Source: an uncultured archaeon
Lineage (GTDB): Archaea > Asgardarchaeota > Thorarchaeia > Thorarchaeales > Thorarchaeaceae
Direction of reading: 5' to 3'
Length of the DNA stretch: 64,000 bases
Assembly: GCA_964473825.1 (NCBI GenBank)
Contig: CAYYQL010000002.1
Coordinates: forward strand, 128,001-192,000
Shown: positions 31,085 through 41,385 of the stretch, piece after piece
Position numbering within the stretch: the first letter of the stretch is position 1
How the letters are laid out: every line of letters starts with the position of its first letter
Program-made: the position numbers and the translations under genes
Notes under the pieces: model-generated
What the model saw: the letters and a program-made list of their open reading frames with translations, nothing else
Databases searched by the model: none
Told to the model about the DNA's origin: nothing

Positions 31085-32637
31085 GGTATCACCTCGATAA
31101 TCTGCGTGTAGCGGATCCACCGAGCCCCTGCTGAGAGGTATATGTTACAGCCCGTGCCTGGAGCTGATGTCTGAAGACAGTCCTCAATGCTGTACTGGCA
31201 ATCCTCCGGTAACATCACGAGTCGCAGCCCAATAGACCAGTCAGGAACGGTTGTTCCATTATAGGAATAGGCCAGTATCATGTCGCCTTGCAGCTGGTAC
31301 CAACTTTCGTTCGGATACACATTGCCATAGCAGAATTCTTGTTGGTAGCCATCATTAGCAATCACTCTAACTGTGTTTTCGGGAGTCATGCCACCCACTA
31401 GAGATAACAGGTCTGAAATCTTCACGCCTACGTAGTTACCTTGACCTTGCCAGTTTCCAAGCTGATTCTGGAAGGAGGAGAACCCCTCTATCGCTGGCAA
31501 TTGCATCAGATCTTCTATTGTTAGGGTTATGTCCTCGTCCTTACCCCGAACGACAACTTGATCTCTCGCAAAGGAAGGCTCTCCTAAGAGAATAGGTTCT
31601 ATCTCGATCTGCGAGTCGGACACTGTGACGTTGACATAGTGGTGTATGCCGCCCTTCTCAGCAGCTTCATAGAGAGTGGCACCTGCTCCACCCGTTATGA
31701 CATAGGTCACGTTGTTTCGATTACTGACATTGAACATATGGATGTGGCCTGCAAAGACCACATCCACCGATTCTGATTCGAAGATATCCATGAGGCGCAT
31801 GGCTGTTGTGGTGTTGAGTAATGTATGATTGCCCTCCGGTCGCGGGTCAAATGGCGGGATGTGTGTGAAGACGAATTTGTGCTGTGCCATCGCAGTGGAG
31901 AGGTCATTCTCAAGCCATTGCAGTGTTGTTTCTGATACATCCCCGGCCGATGAGTTGAAGATGATGAAATGCGCGCCACCAAAATCAAAGGAGTAGGTGG
32001 AGGGGCCGTATCTACTCTGATATCGTTGGCCCCCGTTCAACTTGATATCATGATTTCCGGCTGTGAGAAACAGAGGAACAGAGAGATTTACCGCTGTGTC
32101 ATCAAATCGTTGGTATTGTTTCTCTTGACCAAAGGGAGTGATGTCACCACAGTGAAACAGCATATTGGGACGGGCCATATTTGCAGTAGCAATAATCTCC
32201 TCTATGGATCCCTGATACCCCTGCGAGTCGCCAAGTACGAAGAAATTCAGAGGAGGCGTATCTGAGGTTTCCATTGTGATGCTTGCATTGGTCATCTGAG
32301 TTTCTAAGCGAAGCATATTGGATGATACATTTGAGTGTACTATGGAGTAGGGAACATCTGATGAGAAGCTGACTCTTTCTGTGTCGATATTGGTGATTTG
32401 AACATCATGGTTGTTCAGGAAACCGGCTGCATCGGACGAGAGTTTCACTTGCATGGACAGAGCCATTGCACGGATTACCGTCTGATCGGCAGTCTGGGTC
32501 AATACGTGTCCACCTTGGACTACTATTTCCGGTGCCGGAGTGGGACTTTCAGTGTGTATCAGATACACTGACCCTATGCCAGCAATACAGATGATGAGAA
32601 TGCCTACAAGAGCAATAACCTCCCTTTGCTGCTTCAT
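31081..32637 (-). CDS. Exported/membrane-anchored calcineurin-like metallophosphoesterase fused to a molybdopterin-binding-fold domain
   Basis: N-terminal signal anchor; GDSQ, GDIT, GNHD, THIP, GHIH; C-terminal YVGVKISDLL..ANDGY..MILAY..LRLV..RWIR. Confidence 0.85.
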   Translation of the reverse strand: MKQQREVIALVGILIICIAGIGSVYLIHTESPTPAPEIVVQGGHVLTQTADQTVIRAMALSMQVKLSSDAAGFLNNHDVQITNIDTERVSFSSDVPYSIVHSNVSSNMLRLETQMTNASITMETSDTPPLNFFVLGDSQGYQGSIEEIIATANMARPNMLFHCGDITPFGQEKQYQRFDDTAVNLSVPLFLTAGNHDIKLNGGQRYQSRYGPSTYSFDFGGAHFIIFNSSAGDVSETTLQWLENDLSTAMAQHKFVFTHIPPFDPRPEGNHTLLNTTTAMRLMDIFESESVDVVFAGHIHMFNVSNRNNVTYVITGGAGATLYEAAEKGGIHHYVNVTVSDSQIEIEPILLGEPSFARDQVVVRGKDEDITLTIEDLMQLPAIEGFSSFQNQLGNWQGQGNYVGVKISDLLSLVGGMTPENTVRVIANDGYQQEFCYGNVYPNESWYQLQGDMILAYSYNGTTVPDWSIGLRLVMLPEDCQYSIEDCLQTSAPGTGCNIYLSAGARWIRYTQIIEVIP

Positions 32638-32743
32638 CTAGGATTCCAACTCCACTGAGTGATATGCATGACTGTATATTTCGGTTGTGCGAGGTGGTTA
32701 AGAAGCTTGGCACGTGGTCACAGATCAGGAGGGGATTCTCTCC

Positions 32744-34726
32744 TCATTTCTCAGACTTTTTTATCTGCACGGTTGTTGAATTGAAGGAAGACCCCCCACC
32801 AAGTCTTTGGGGTGTTGATAGTGTTATGGAGTTGGTAGGTCTTCCATCTAAATCGGCACCTTGGCGAGGGACCCATAAGACGCCTGATGGAATGGACTCT
32901 GCGAGTCGAGCTTGCATCTTAATCTGCCCGCGTTCGTTTGAGAGTACTACAGTATCTCCTGAACGGATGTTCCTCTCTTTGGCATCGAGCGGATTGATTC
33001 GCACCATAGCAGGAATTGCCCCGAAGACCTCTTGAAATTGAGTATGACTGTATCGTGCCATTGCACTGTTCAAGAGAATGAACTCTTCGGGCTCGGGGGA
33101 TAGCGGAGAATACTGTGGGATAGGTGACAGATCGTAACTGTCAGCCTGAGTAGAATACAATTCGAGTTGCCCAGAGGGCGTAGGGTAATAGTCCAGAGGG
33201 AGATACTCCAATTCTACACACTTCCCACTCATTAGGTCGCCAAATGAGGCCTCTCTCAGCGATTCGTTCATGGCAATCTTCAGTGCGTCCCATGGATTCT
33301 CAAACAACCAATCATTGTCAAGCTTCAAGCGTTTTGCTATCTGACGCATCAACCATATCTCATCTCTGCTCTCGCCGAGAGGCGACACTATATTTCTGGA
33401 TGCCATTGTATAGCGATGCGCCCAAGCAATCGTTACATCGTCTTTTTCCAAGTAGGTACAAGCAGGGAGAATCAGATCTGCATAGTCTGTGGTTTCAGTC
33501 CAATGGGTATCGTGTACAACCACGAAGACATCATCCTGAGAGAGTCCCTCTCTCAAGGGAACTTGGTCGGGAATTGTCAATGCGGGATTCATATTGTAGA
33601 CAAATATGAACTTGAACTCACCACGTTCAATGAGAGGAGCCAAATCTACTTGACTCACAGTTTTCCAGTCGTTTGCTGACTGGTGCTTACCACTCAGATA
33701 CTCGTTGTCAATCTTGAATCCGCTTTCATTACTATAGAAAAAACCTCTGTGCATTCCGACAAGAGCGGGAAGAAGAGCAACAGCCCGAGTTGATTCAGCG
33801 CCCTGTAGATGCTTTTGCATGCCTACCCCTATCATAGTAGCACTGGGCTTCCGATTCGCATACAGATCGCCCAGTTCGCGAATGACTCCCTCGTCCAGAC
33901 CAGATATAGAAGAAGCTTTGGTCAGCGACCAATGGGTAACTTCCTGAGCAAACCGCTCATAACCCGTGGTATGTGTCGCGATGAACTCGTGGTCGGCCTT
34001 GTCGGTTTGGATGAGGTAATTTGCGAGGGAAAGAGCGAGGGGGACATCTGTACTGGGCCGAATTGGAAGCCATTTGTCAGCCTCTTCTACAGTTCGAGTC
34101 CTCCGGGGATCGATAACAATTATCGACGTATCATTCCTATCTCGTGCCTCTAGGGCCATGTCCCATATGTGTGGTGCGCTGACCACGGCATTGAAACCCC
34201 AGAAGACAATCATCTCCATGTGTAGGAGGTCATCAGGTTGAATGCCATAGTCTGAGCCGTAGTGGAGCGAGATGGCATCCCGACCGGACTTTGCACAGAG
34301 GGCATGGTCGGTTCTTGTTGCGCCCAAGGCATTCCAAAGACGCTGAGGAAAATGTAGGGTGAGTAGACCAGTGTTCCCGAAGTAGTCCAATAAGAGAACA
34401 CTTTCCTTTCCATGCTCTTCTATTGTGTTCTCCAGCCTAGTAGCCAGGATTTCTAGTGCCTCTTCCCATGATATCTGGCGCAGTTCATCCTGAGCATTAT
34501 CACGAAGATATGGATGTTCCACACGGTTTGTCACAAGACGCACCATGTCCTTAGCGGCGCGAGGACAGGTTATGCCTCGTGTGACGGGGTGCTCAGAATC
34601 ACCACGAATAGACTCGATTTGGCCGTTAGCATCGAGTGCAACAAGAAGGGTACAAGTGTCATAGCAGTCTCTTGGACAGACTGTTCGAAACTCATAGGGA
34701 GCAGCCATCGGATTTCCTGACTCCAA
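32744..34726 (-). CDS. Mo/W-bisPGD (DMSO reductase family) oxidoreductase
   Basis: CPRDCYDTC...C Fe-S motif, IDPRRTRT, ADLILPACTYLE, C-terminal INPLDA domain. Confidence 0.92.
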   Translation of the reverse strand: MESGNPMAAPYEFRTVCPRDCYDTCTLLVALDANGQIESIRGDSEHPVTRGITCPRAAKDMVRLVTNRVEHPYLRDNAQDELRQISWEEALEILATRLENTIEEHGKESVLLLDYFGNTGLLTLHFPQRLWNALGATRTDHALCAKSGRDAISLHYGSDYGIQPDDLLHMEMIVFWGFNAVVSAPHIWDMALEARDRNDTSIIVIDPRRTRTVEEADKWLPIRPSTDVPLALSLANYLIQTDKADHEFIATHTTGYERFAQEVTHWSLTKASSISGLDEGVIRELGDLYANRKPSATMIGVGMQKHLQGAESTRAVALLPALVGMHRGFFYSNESGFKIDNEYLSGKHQSANDWKTVSQVDLAPLIERGEFKFIFVYNMNPALTIPDQVPLREGLSQDDVFVVVHDTHWTETTDYADLILPACTYLEKDDVTIAWAHRYTMASRNIVSPLGESRDEIWLMRQIAKRLKLDNDWLFENPWDALKIAMNESLREASFGDLMSGKCVELEYLPLDYYPTPSGQLELYSTQADSYDLSPIPQYSPLSPEPEEFILLNSAMARYSHTQFQEVFGAIPAMVRINPLDAKERNIRSGDTVVLSNERGQIKMQARLAESIPSGVLWVPRQGADLDGRPTNSITLSTPQRLGGGSSFNSTTVQIKKSEK

Positions 34727-34777
34727 GTATCGTGGTGGTTTCTTGGTGGTCAGTCCTATATTAAGTGGAGGAATGTG

Positions 34778-35554
34778 TCAATTAACGGGTATTCCTTCCT
34801 GCCTCACACGTTCAGATAGCGTTTTGATACGCTTGTCTTTTCGCCAGACAGCAGTTTCTGCCAGGGTATCGGCAGTAACCGCCTGAAATCTTTCTTCGAT
34901 TGCCCCGGTGCGAGACTGTCCTATCAGGCCAAGATATTCATCAAGCAAAAGCCAGACCATTCTTCGTTTCTCCGGGGTGAAGATTGGGTCGGTATCAAGG
35001 ATACTCGCCGCTATTCCCCCGATGTCGAGAAGCCACGGCCCTTCACGAGCCTCCTCGAAGTCCACCCCCCAGAGCATATCATCAGCAAGAATGAAGTTTC
35101 GGAGACGGGGATCACCTTTGACCATCCCTGTAGTCTTATGGAAGTCGTAGTACCAATGTGCTAGCATTGCTGCGTATCTATTCTCTAGAGTGCGATTGAG
35201 TACATCAACTAATGATTCTCCAGAGATGTATTGCATGAGAATGACGCCGTTTCTTGCGCCGTATACCTCAGGTACGGAGAGCCCTACAGTCCGACAGGTA
35301 ACTAGCAGGTCATGTTCCAGGTCGAAGTGCCCTGTGACAAAGAGCTTACCAATCAGATTCTCTCCAGAAGAGAGGGTGAGTCTGAGAACGACGTTCTTCT
35401 TGCTCCTTAGGTGGTGAACTCCAGTGACCCTGTAAGGACGGCTCTTATGTTCGCCAACAAGCTCCCGGAGAATCTTCACGCGTTCCGCCTCCAGTATTTG
35501 ACCGTCTAGGCCATGTAGTCTTCCAGAGAGTCCGTCAAGAGCGTCCATTGTCAC
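34778..35554 (-). CDS. Protein-kinase-like (RIO/APH-fold) phosphotransferase
   Basis: LMQYISG, KGDPRLRNF, VDFEE. Confidence 0.8.
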   Translation of the reverse strand: MTMDALDGLSGRLHGLDGQILEAERVKILRELVGEHKSRPYRVTGVHHLRSKKNVVLRLTLSSGENLIGKLFVTGHFDLEHDLLVTCRTVGLSVPEVYGARNGVILMQYISGESLVDVLNRTLENRYAAMLAHWYYDFHKTTGMVKGDPRLRNFILADDMLWGVDFEEAREGPWLLDIGGIAASILDTDPIFTPEKRRMVWLLLDEYLGLIGQSRTGAIEERFQAVTADTLAETAVWRKDKRIKTLSERVRQEGIPVN

Positions 35555-35641
35555 TAGCCTTACGGGAGAAGATGTCTATTAGACTACCGACCGACCAATC
35601 ACTCTTTAAGCCCAGGGTGAAAGCGCTCTCCTGATTGACAA

Positions 35642-35856
35642 TGGATGGCCGAATTTGTAACGTTGAGAAAAACAAGGAAGACTGCGGCTGCACGTACCCT
35701 GGTTGTTCTCGCAAGGGATACTGCTGTGACTGCCTGAGATATCATTGGAAACACCGTGAACTCCCAGGTTGCCTGTTCCCGAAAGACGCCGAGAAGACAT
35801 TCGATAGGTCTCTAGAGTATTTTATCGAAGTCTGGAGTAAGGAGTTAGGCTTGTAG
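35642..35856 (+). CDS. Small Cys-rich protein (DUF6485-like)
   Basis: CGCTYPGCSRKGYCCDCLRYH..ELPGCLFP..TFDRS. Confidence 0.8.
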
Positions 35857-35860
35857 AAAG

Positions 35861-35965
35861 TGGCGGGCGCGCCAGGATTCGAACCTGGGACATCTTGCTG
35901 GCTTCGGGCCGTCTACGAGAATGACCCACCGAAGGCAAGCACCTTATCCGCTAGATTACGCGCCC
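35861..35965 (-). tRNA. tRNA-Arg(TCG) with 37/38 intron (35900-35928)
   Basis: GGGCGCG/CGCGCCC, CTTGC/GCAAG, BHB, CCA. Confidence 0.94.
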
Positions 35966-36412
35966 TTGCGTGTAGCCCACAGATTCTGCTCTTAAGGACT
36001 TCCCTTGGAATCATTCAATCTGTCTGCTGTCACTGCATATCCAGAGCAGACTCACTACGGGTTTCGAGATTTGGGAATCAGTGGTATCTCGCAACAAGCA
36101 AGCTCTGGAGAGAATTCTCCTAGGGAAAGATTCGCTCCGTCAGTGGGATGCTGTACAAGACACGCAGGTTGATGTCCATGAGTCGATCATGTGAGGTGTC
36201 TAGACCTCTGAGTTGTGTAATGCCATTCCACGCGAAAGAGAACCAGTTGAGTCCTCTATACTGAGATGTCTCTACGATGCTGATTGCGCGATTTTTCTGT
36301 GTCTTGAAATTGGTCTGAATCTAGCACTCTTCCAGGGAACTCCAGAGGAAGTTCCCTCTTCGTTCGCAATTCAGAGCGAGGGGTCGTCAATATATTCTCC
36401 AAGATGTGAAGA

Positions 36413-37447
36413 CTACTTCTCAGCCATTCTGCGCATCTTTTCCTCTGTCGGATCCTTTACGACACTTTTGTCAGTAACAATCGCTGTCACGAGTTCGGGA
36501 GGAGTAATGTCAAAGGCAGGATTGTAGACCTTGGCATTGGGTAGAGTAACATACTCTCCATTGATGACTCGAATCTCGTCGGGGTCACGCTCTTCAATCA
36601 CCACGTCTTCGACATCGGTGACCATGTCAACTGTAGACATAGGCGCCACCGCATAGAAAGGAATCCCATGATGCTTTGCAGTAATTGCCATGGTGTAGGT
36701 GCCTATCTTGTTGATCACATGTCCTGTGCGCAAGATGCGATCTGCGCCCACTACACAGCAGTCGATTCGTCCCTGCTTGAATACGGTTCCAATCATTCCG
36801 TCGGTTATCAGAGTCGTGTCGATGTCATCTTCAAGGAACTCGAACACTGTCAGTCTAGCACCCTGTTGGCGTGGACGTGTTTCGGCCGCATAGACCTTGA
36901 TATCACCGTATTCCTCGTGAGCAACACGAACCACGGCACCAACTGTGCCTAGATGCACTGTAGCCAAGGAACCAGCGTTGCATATTGTCTGGATTGTGTA
37001 TCCAGGCTCAATGAGAGAGAGAGCATTCTCGCCTATCTGACGGCACATGCGTACGTCTTCCTCAGCGACCTCTTTCGCCTCTTCAATCAGTCGTTCTGTG
37101 ATTTTTTCAATAGAACCCTCCGTTTCTTTTGCCACACGAAGCATCCGCGCTGTAGCCCAAGTGAGATTGAATGCTGTTGGGCGAGTATTCAGGGTGTCAG
37201 CGGCATTCTCAAGATAGTCAACCAGAGCGTCCTTTTCTTCCGTCTTGCTCTCTAGAGCAGCCAATGCCATACCCATTGCTGCGGCTGCACCAATCGCAGG
37301 AGCTCCTCGAATCTCCATAACCTTGATCGATTCTGCAATTCTCTCGTGACTATCGGTCACTATGTGTTGGACTTCCAAAGGAAGCTTGGTTTGGTCCACT
37401 AGTCGTACTTTGTTATTGTCAAGCCATTCAATTGTCCGGAACATCAT
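36413..37447 (-). CDS. mtnA: Methylthioribose-1-phosphate isomerase
   Basis: DQTKLP, IRGAPAIG, TRPTAFNL, CNAGSLAT, ETRPRQQGARLT, NPAFDITP. Confidence 0.93.
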   Translation of the reverse strand: MMFRTIEWLDNNKVRLVDQTKLPLEVQHIVTDSHERIAESIKVMEIRGAPAIGAAAAMGMALAALESKTEEKDALVDYLENAADTLNTRPTAFNLTWATARMLRVAKETEGSIEKITERLIEEAKEVAEEDVRMCRQIGENALSLIEPGYTIQTICNAGSLATVHLGTVGAVVRVAHEEYGDIKVYAAETRPRQQGARLTVFEFLEDDIDTTLITDGMIGTVFKQGRIDCCVVGADRILRTGHVINKIGTYTMAITAKHHGIPFYAVAPMSTVDMVTDVEDVVIEERDPDEIRVINGEYVTLPNAKVYNPAFDITPPELVTAIVTDKSVVKDPTEEKMRRMAEK

Positions 37448-37946
37448 TAGGTACTCCAAAATTCTGTCTGATAATCTGCTGAATCACGATGACGAGCTCT
37501 TGTACCACCTCTTGTATCTCGGAAGTGAGGCCCTCTCCAAATGTAACACTTAGGGGTTGAACTCCCAGTAGGATGGTCTTTGCACCGGTCTCCTGCTCAA
37601 GGTAGGTCATCAATAGAGAAAGAGGCATTCGGTGTGTGCTTATTGCGATACCACCAATCCGATCCTTGGTGATCAGTTCTATGCTACCGGGCTCTTTCCT
37701 CATATCGGCTGCATCAACCAAGATGACTCGTTCAGCACCGAACTTGGCAATTGGACGAGCAAATGCCTCGGGTACAGAACCAACATTCTCAACCATGACT
37801 GAAGGGTGATGGACATCCAAAGAGTTCACAACATAGATGCCCAGCCCATCGTCTGTCCGTAGATCATTGCCTATACCTAGTATGGCAATTCTGTTGGCTC
37901 CTTCGATGAAGACTTGGAGCTCCTTGGTTACCGTGTTAGCAGTCAC
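37428..37946 (-). CDS. hycI: Hydrogenase maturation protease (HycI-like)
   Basis: LGIGNDLRTDDGLG, VDAAD, STHRMPL. Confidence 0.9.
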   Translation of the reverse strand: MTANTVTKELQVFIEGANRIAILGIGNDLRTDDGLGIYVVNSLDVHHPSVMVENVGSVPEAFARPIAKFGAERVILVDAADMRKEPGSIELITKDRIGGIAISTHRMPLSLLMTYLEQETGAKTILLGVQPLSVTFGEGLTSEIQEVVQELVIVIQQIIRQNFGVPNDVPDN

Positions 37947-38046
37947 AAGTTAATTCTATGCGGAGGGTTAATTTATTCTTGTGGATGGTCACGTCGAAGA
38001 CTTTTTCACGATACTGAATTCAGCTGATGTGAAAGGGGACTGTGAA

Positions 38047-38646
38047 TTGTCCAACGAACATGATGTGGAACAGAATGACTTGGAAGAGTCCGAAGAAGAG
38101 ATACCGGCAGTGACTATCTTCTCCGGAAACAAAGGCTATGTTCCAAAAGATGAGGCAGATAGGATAGCCCAGCAAGGCTTCTATGGAGTCAGACTTGATG
38201 ATGGCAGACTAGAGCTGATACCTGTAGAGGTACTGCATCTGCTTGAAAGGCAAAGGATAGAACTGGTTGACGAGAAGGGGGAGAGGGTTGAGGCTAAAGA
38301 TGTAATCAACCTGCTCGTAGAGGAGGATCCAAGTCTCTGGACACGCTATCTCGTGTTCCGCGACCTGAGAAGTAGAGGATATGCTGTCAGGCAGGGGTTT
38401 GGTGGAGGAATTGGATTTCGTGTATATGCCCGGGGGGATAAGCCCGGTATTGCCACTGCAAATCAACTAGTTTATGTTCTGAAGGAAGGAGATTCTATCT
38501 CCCTCAATGACTTGGACAGAGTGACAGAAGCTGCAGCGGTTGCAAGGAAGAAACTGGTCTTTGCACTTGTTGACCAAAATGGAGAAGTGAACTTCTACAG
38601 AGTCGCTCAAACAATCCTTCAGGATAAGATCGGTGATAGCAAATGA
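38047..38646 (+). CDS. tRNA splicing endonuclease-family subunit lacking the catalytic His (probable structural subunit)
   Basis: YLVFRDLRSRGY, FRVY, ARKKLVFALVD; the His position reads GIATA. Confidence 0.85.
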   Translation: MSNEHDVEQNDLEESEEEIPAVTIFSGNKGYVPKDEADRIAQQGFYGVRLDDGRLELIPVEVLHLLERQRIELVDEKGERVEAKDVINLLVEEDPSLWTRYLVFRDLRSRGYAVRQGFGGGIGFRVYARGDKPGIATANQLVYVLKEGDSISLNDLDRVTEAAAVARKKLVFALVDQNGEVNFYRVAQTILQDKIGDSK

Positions 38647-39914
38647 AACGGGGTTGGATAGATAAAGAGAATGAAGATCTGCTGAGGCTCGAGACCTTCT
38701 TTGATGATCACACCATGAGCGTACATCTGGTGGAGAATAATCCTCCGCGTGCCAAAAGAGGGGCACCGGGGGACTGGTCACTCATTGAGCTATCAGACAG
38801 GTTACTTACCTATGAGGAGCTTGACACACTTGCCCAAGCGATATTAGAAACGGCCAGATACGATAGAGGCTCTTTTATTGAGATCGAAGAAGAGGGAGCG
38901 GTGGTTGTACAGCTCAGGAACTATCGTATTGCTATAGCCATGCCACCGTTTGCAGACAAATACGAGATATCTGCTATCCGGCCCATCACGAAACTCACTA
39001 TTGATGACTACAATCTCAGTCCGAAGTTGATGACACGCTTCGAGTCCCGGGCAGAAGGCATTCTAATCTCAGGCTCACCAGGTTCCGGGAAGAGCACGTT
39101 TGCAGCAGCTCTTGCAGAGTTCTACAGCAATCAAGGAAATGTAGTCAAGACGCTGGAACAGCCCCGAGACCTTCAGGTAGACGAGGCGATTGTTCAGTAT
39201 TCTCCACTTGATGGAAGCATGGAGAAGGCAGCAGATGTCCTCCTTCTCGTCCGCCCCGACTTTGTGATTTACGATGAGCTCAGAAAGACAGTTGATTTCG
39301 CAGCCTATTCTGACTTAAGGTCAGCTGGTGTTGGAATGGTAGGGATTGTACACGCGGGTTCCTCGATTGATGCCCTTCAGAGGTTGATACACGGAGGCAG
39401 AGTTGAACTCGGGCAAATACCGAGTACTGTTGATACTGTAATCCATATTGAGGCAGGACTTGTCGCCAAGGTATCATCGCTCTCACTGAAAATCAAACTG
39501 CCCACAGGGATGAGTACATCACAACGCGACCTCTCTCGGCCAGTGGTAGAGGTCCGTGACTTCGAGACTGGGATTCTTGAATATGAGATGTTCACTTTCG
39601 GTGGAGAGAGAATTGTAGTACCAGTAAGAGGTGAGAAATCACCAGGTTTCTCACAACGAAGAGGTCGGGAACGGGGAACCCCGGGAGAAACAGTACCATT
39701 GTCGGTCAGCTACTCTAAGAAGAAGGTGACGGTGTACGCTGGCAGGAAATACTCGAAACAACGCATTGATATCTTTGCAGACGGTCAATATCTGTTCACC
39801 ACTGTGATAGGTCGAAATGGAGAAAGCTCTATCCGCATAAAGACGCGGCAGGGCAGAACCCTTGTAGATGCTATGGAAGAAGGAGCAACAATTACGGGAC
39901 AAGTGTCTAAATAG
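38643..39914 (+). CDS. PINA/VirB11-like ATPase without an N-terminal PIN domain
   Basis: GSPGSGKST, KTLEQPRDL, LLVRPD..YDELR, GVGMVGIVHA. Confidence 0.88.
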   Translation: MKRGWIDKENEDLLRLETFFDDHTMSVHLVENNPPRAKRGAPGDWSLIELSDRLLTYEELDTLAQAILETARYDRGSFIEIEEEGAVVVQLRNYRIAIAMPPFADKYEISAIRPITKLTIDDYNLSPKLMTRFESRAEGILISGSPGSGKSTFAAALAEFYSNQGNVVKTLEQPRDLQVDEAIVQYSPLDGSMEKAADVLLLVRPDFVIYDELRKTVDFAAYSDLRSAGVGMVGIVHAGSSIDALQRLIHGGRVELGQIPSTVDTVIHIEAGLVAKVSSLSLKIKLPTGMSTSQRDLSRPVVEVRDFETGILEYEMFTFGGERIVVPVRGEKSPGFSQRRGRERGTPGETVPLSVSYSKKKVTVYAGRKYSKQRIDIFADGQYLFTTVIGRNGESSIRIKTRQGRTLVDAMEEGATITGQVSK

Positions 39915-39965
39915 ACATGTGCTGCAGACAGTTTTAATAACAGGACGTCCGTTCTCTTCTGTTCA

Positions 39966-40068
39966 GGGCCCGTTGCCTAGCTCGGATAGGGCACCAGCCT
40001 CCTATGAACCAATACTAATCTTCGGAGCGAGCTGGGGTTCCCCGGTTCAAATCCGGGCGGGCCCGCCA
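39966..40068 (+). tRNA. tRNA-Arg(CCT) with 37/38 intron (40005-40029)
   Basis: GGGCCCG/CGGGCCC, CCAGC/GCTGG, BHB, CCA. Confidence 0.94.
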
Positions 40069-40147
40069 CAACACGGAAGATGTCAGTCCAGCTGGATTTC
40101 AGAGATTGGATTCTTCTTGTCTGCTGCCTGCTTGGTGTAGAAATGTC

Positions 40148-40834
40148 CTACTCTCGTTTCAAAATGTAAGATTCTACCTCGGTGCCAACATGCACTTCGT
40201 CTGCCATGTTCACGAAAAGACCTGTTTCAAGGACGCCGGATATCATTTTGAGATTCACTGCAATCTCCTCTGGATTTTCGATTGGTTCAGGAAACTTGAG
40301 ATCGAGAATGAAGTTGCCATTATCTGTTACGACGGGGCCCATCTTCCTTTGTGCCTCTCTTAATGTGGATGTGATGCCGAATTCGGCTATCTTTCGTCTA
40401 ACTACCCCTAGAGCAAAAGGTAATACCTCAACAGGGACATCACACTGCGTTCCAAGATGTTTCACCATCTTACTCTCGTCCACAATAATCACAAGTCGAC
40501 GAGATGCCGAAGCGACAACCTTCTCTTGGAAGAGGGCTCCACCGCCTCCTTTTGTCAGATTCAGGTCCTTGTCAACCTCATCTGCCCCATCCACCGTTAG
40601 AAGGAGCTCCGGATTAACATCTAGATTCGTCAGAGGAATGCCGTTTGTGATAGCCAGTTGATAGGCCTGATACGAACTCGGAACAACCGAAACTTCGACC
40701 TCTTTGTCTATGATTCTCTTACCTAATTCCTTCGCAAAGAGAACGACGGTGGATCCGCTTCCGAGACCTATTGCCCCACGTTCTGGGATTAATCTCACGG
40801 CACTCCGAGCTGCATGTTTCTTTGCACTTGACAT
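40148..40834 (-). CDS. rpiA: Ribose-5-phosphate isomerase A
   Basis: GLGSGST, DGADEVD, KGGGGALFQEK. Confidence 0.96.
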   Translation of the reverse strand: MSSAKKHAARSAVRLIPERGAIGLGSGSTVVLFAKELGKRIIDKEVEVSVVPSSYQAYQLAITNGIPLTNLDVNPELLLTVDGADEVDKDLNLTKGGGGALFQEKVVASASRRLVIIVDESKMVKHLGTQCDVPVEVLPFALGVVRRKIAEFGITSTLREAQRKMGPVVTDNGNFILDLKFPEPIENPEEIAVNLKMISGVLETGLFVNMADEVHVGTEVESYILKRE

Positions 40835-41058
40835 ACTAGATACCTCTTGCCTTGTATAAGGGGCTGAGATACACCGAAAAAAGCCTTCCTGCAAGCAGGG
40901 CTCTGTAGAATAATTCACATCAGGTGTGGGAGCGAGTCCTGTCCTTGTTCCAGAATGTCCGGATGTGAACATTATGCTAGCAAACTGATGATGATCATGG
41001 TCATCGCGACCCTAGTCCCGTTGACTTTTTCTACAGAGCCTGCAAGCAGAGTAAGGAA

Positions 41059-41274
41059 TTAGACGATGAAACCACAGTGAGTGGCAAGATTGGCTTCGCT
41101 CTTCGACCTTGGGCGCCAATATACTGCCCAGCGTTCATCTTGGGTCTTGATTATTACGGCAGTTCGGTCTTCTCTGACTTCTTGAGCATGAACGACAGCT
41201 TCAGAATCACTATCAAAGACTGCCAGCAATTGGTAGACGTTTCCTGCAATCAACTTCCATTTTTGAGCTGTCAT
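41059..41274 (-). CDS. Small hypothetical protein
   Basis: 71-aa ORF with globular composition in an intergenic gap. Confidence 0.6.
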   Translation of the reverse strand: MTAQKWKLIAGNVYQLLAVFDSDSEAVVHAQEVREDRTAVIIKTQDERWAVYWRPRSKSEANLATHCGFIV

Positions 41275-41385
41275 AGAGATGGGTTTCCGTACTGCCTAAT
41301 AATCTCCCATCGATTTGGATGTGCAATTATTGATGAATAGATATGTTTGTGTGGGTGTAGAAAGAAAAGCGGGTCGATTCGGTAA

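Noticed and set aside
36335-36360. RNase P RNA (GAGGAAGTTCC motif)
   Set aside because: Forms a local hairpin, only about 55 nt remain before the mtnA 3' end, and no P4 partner was found
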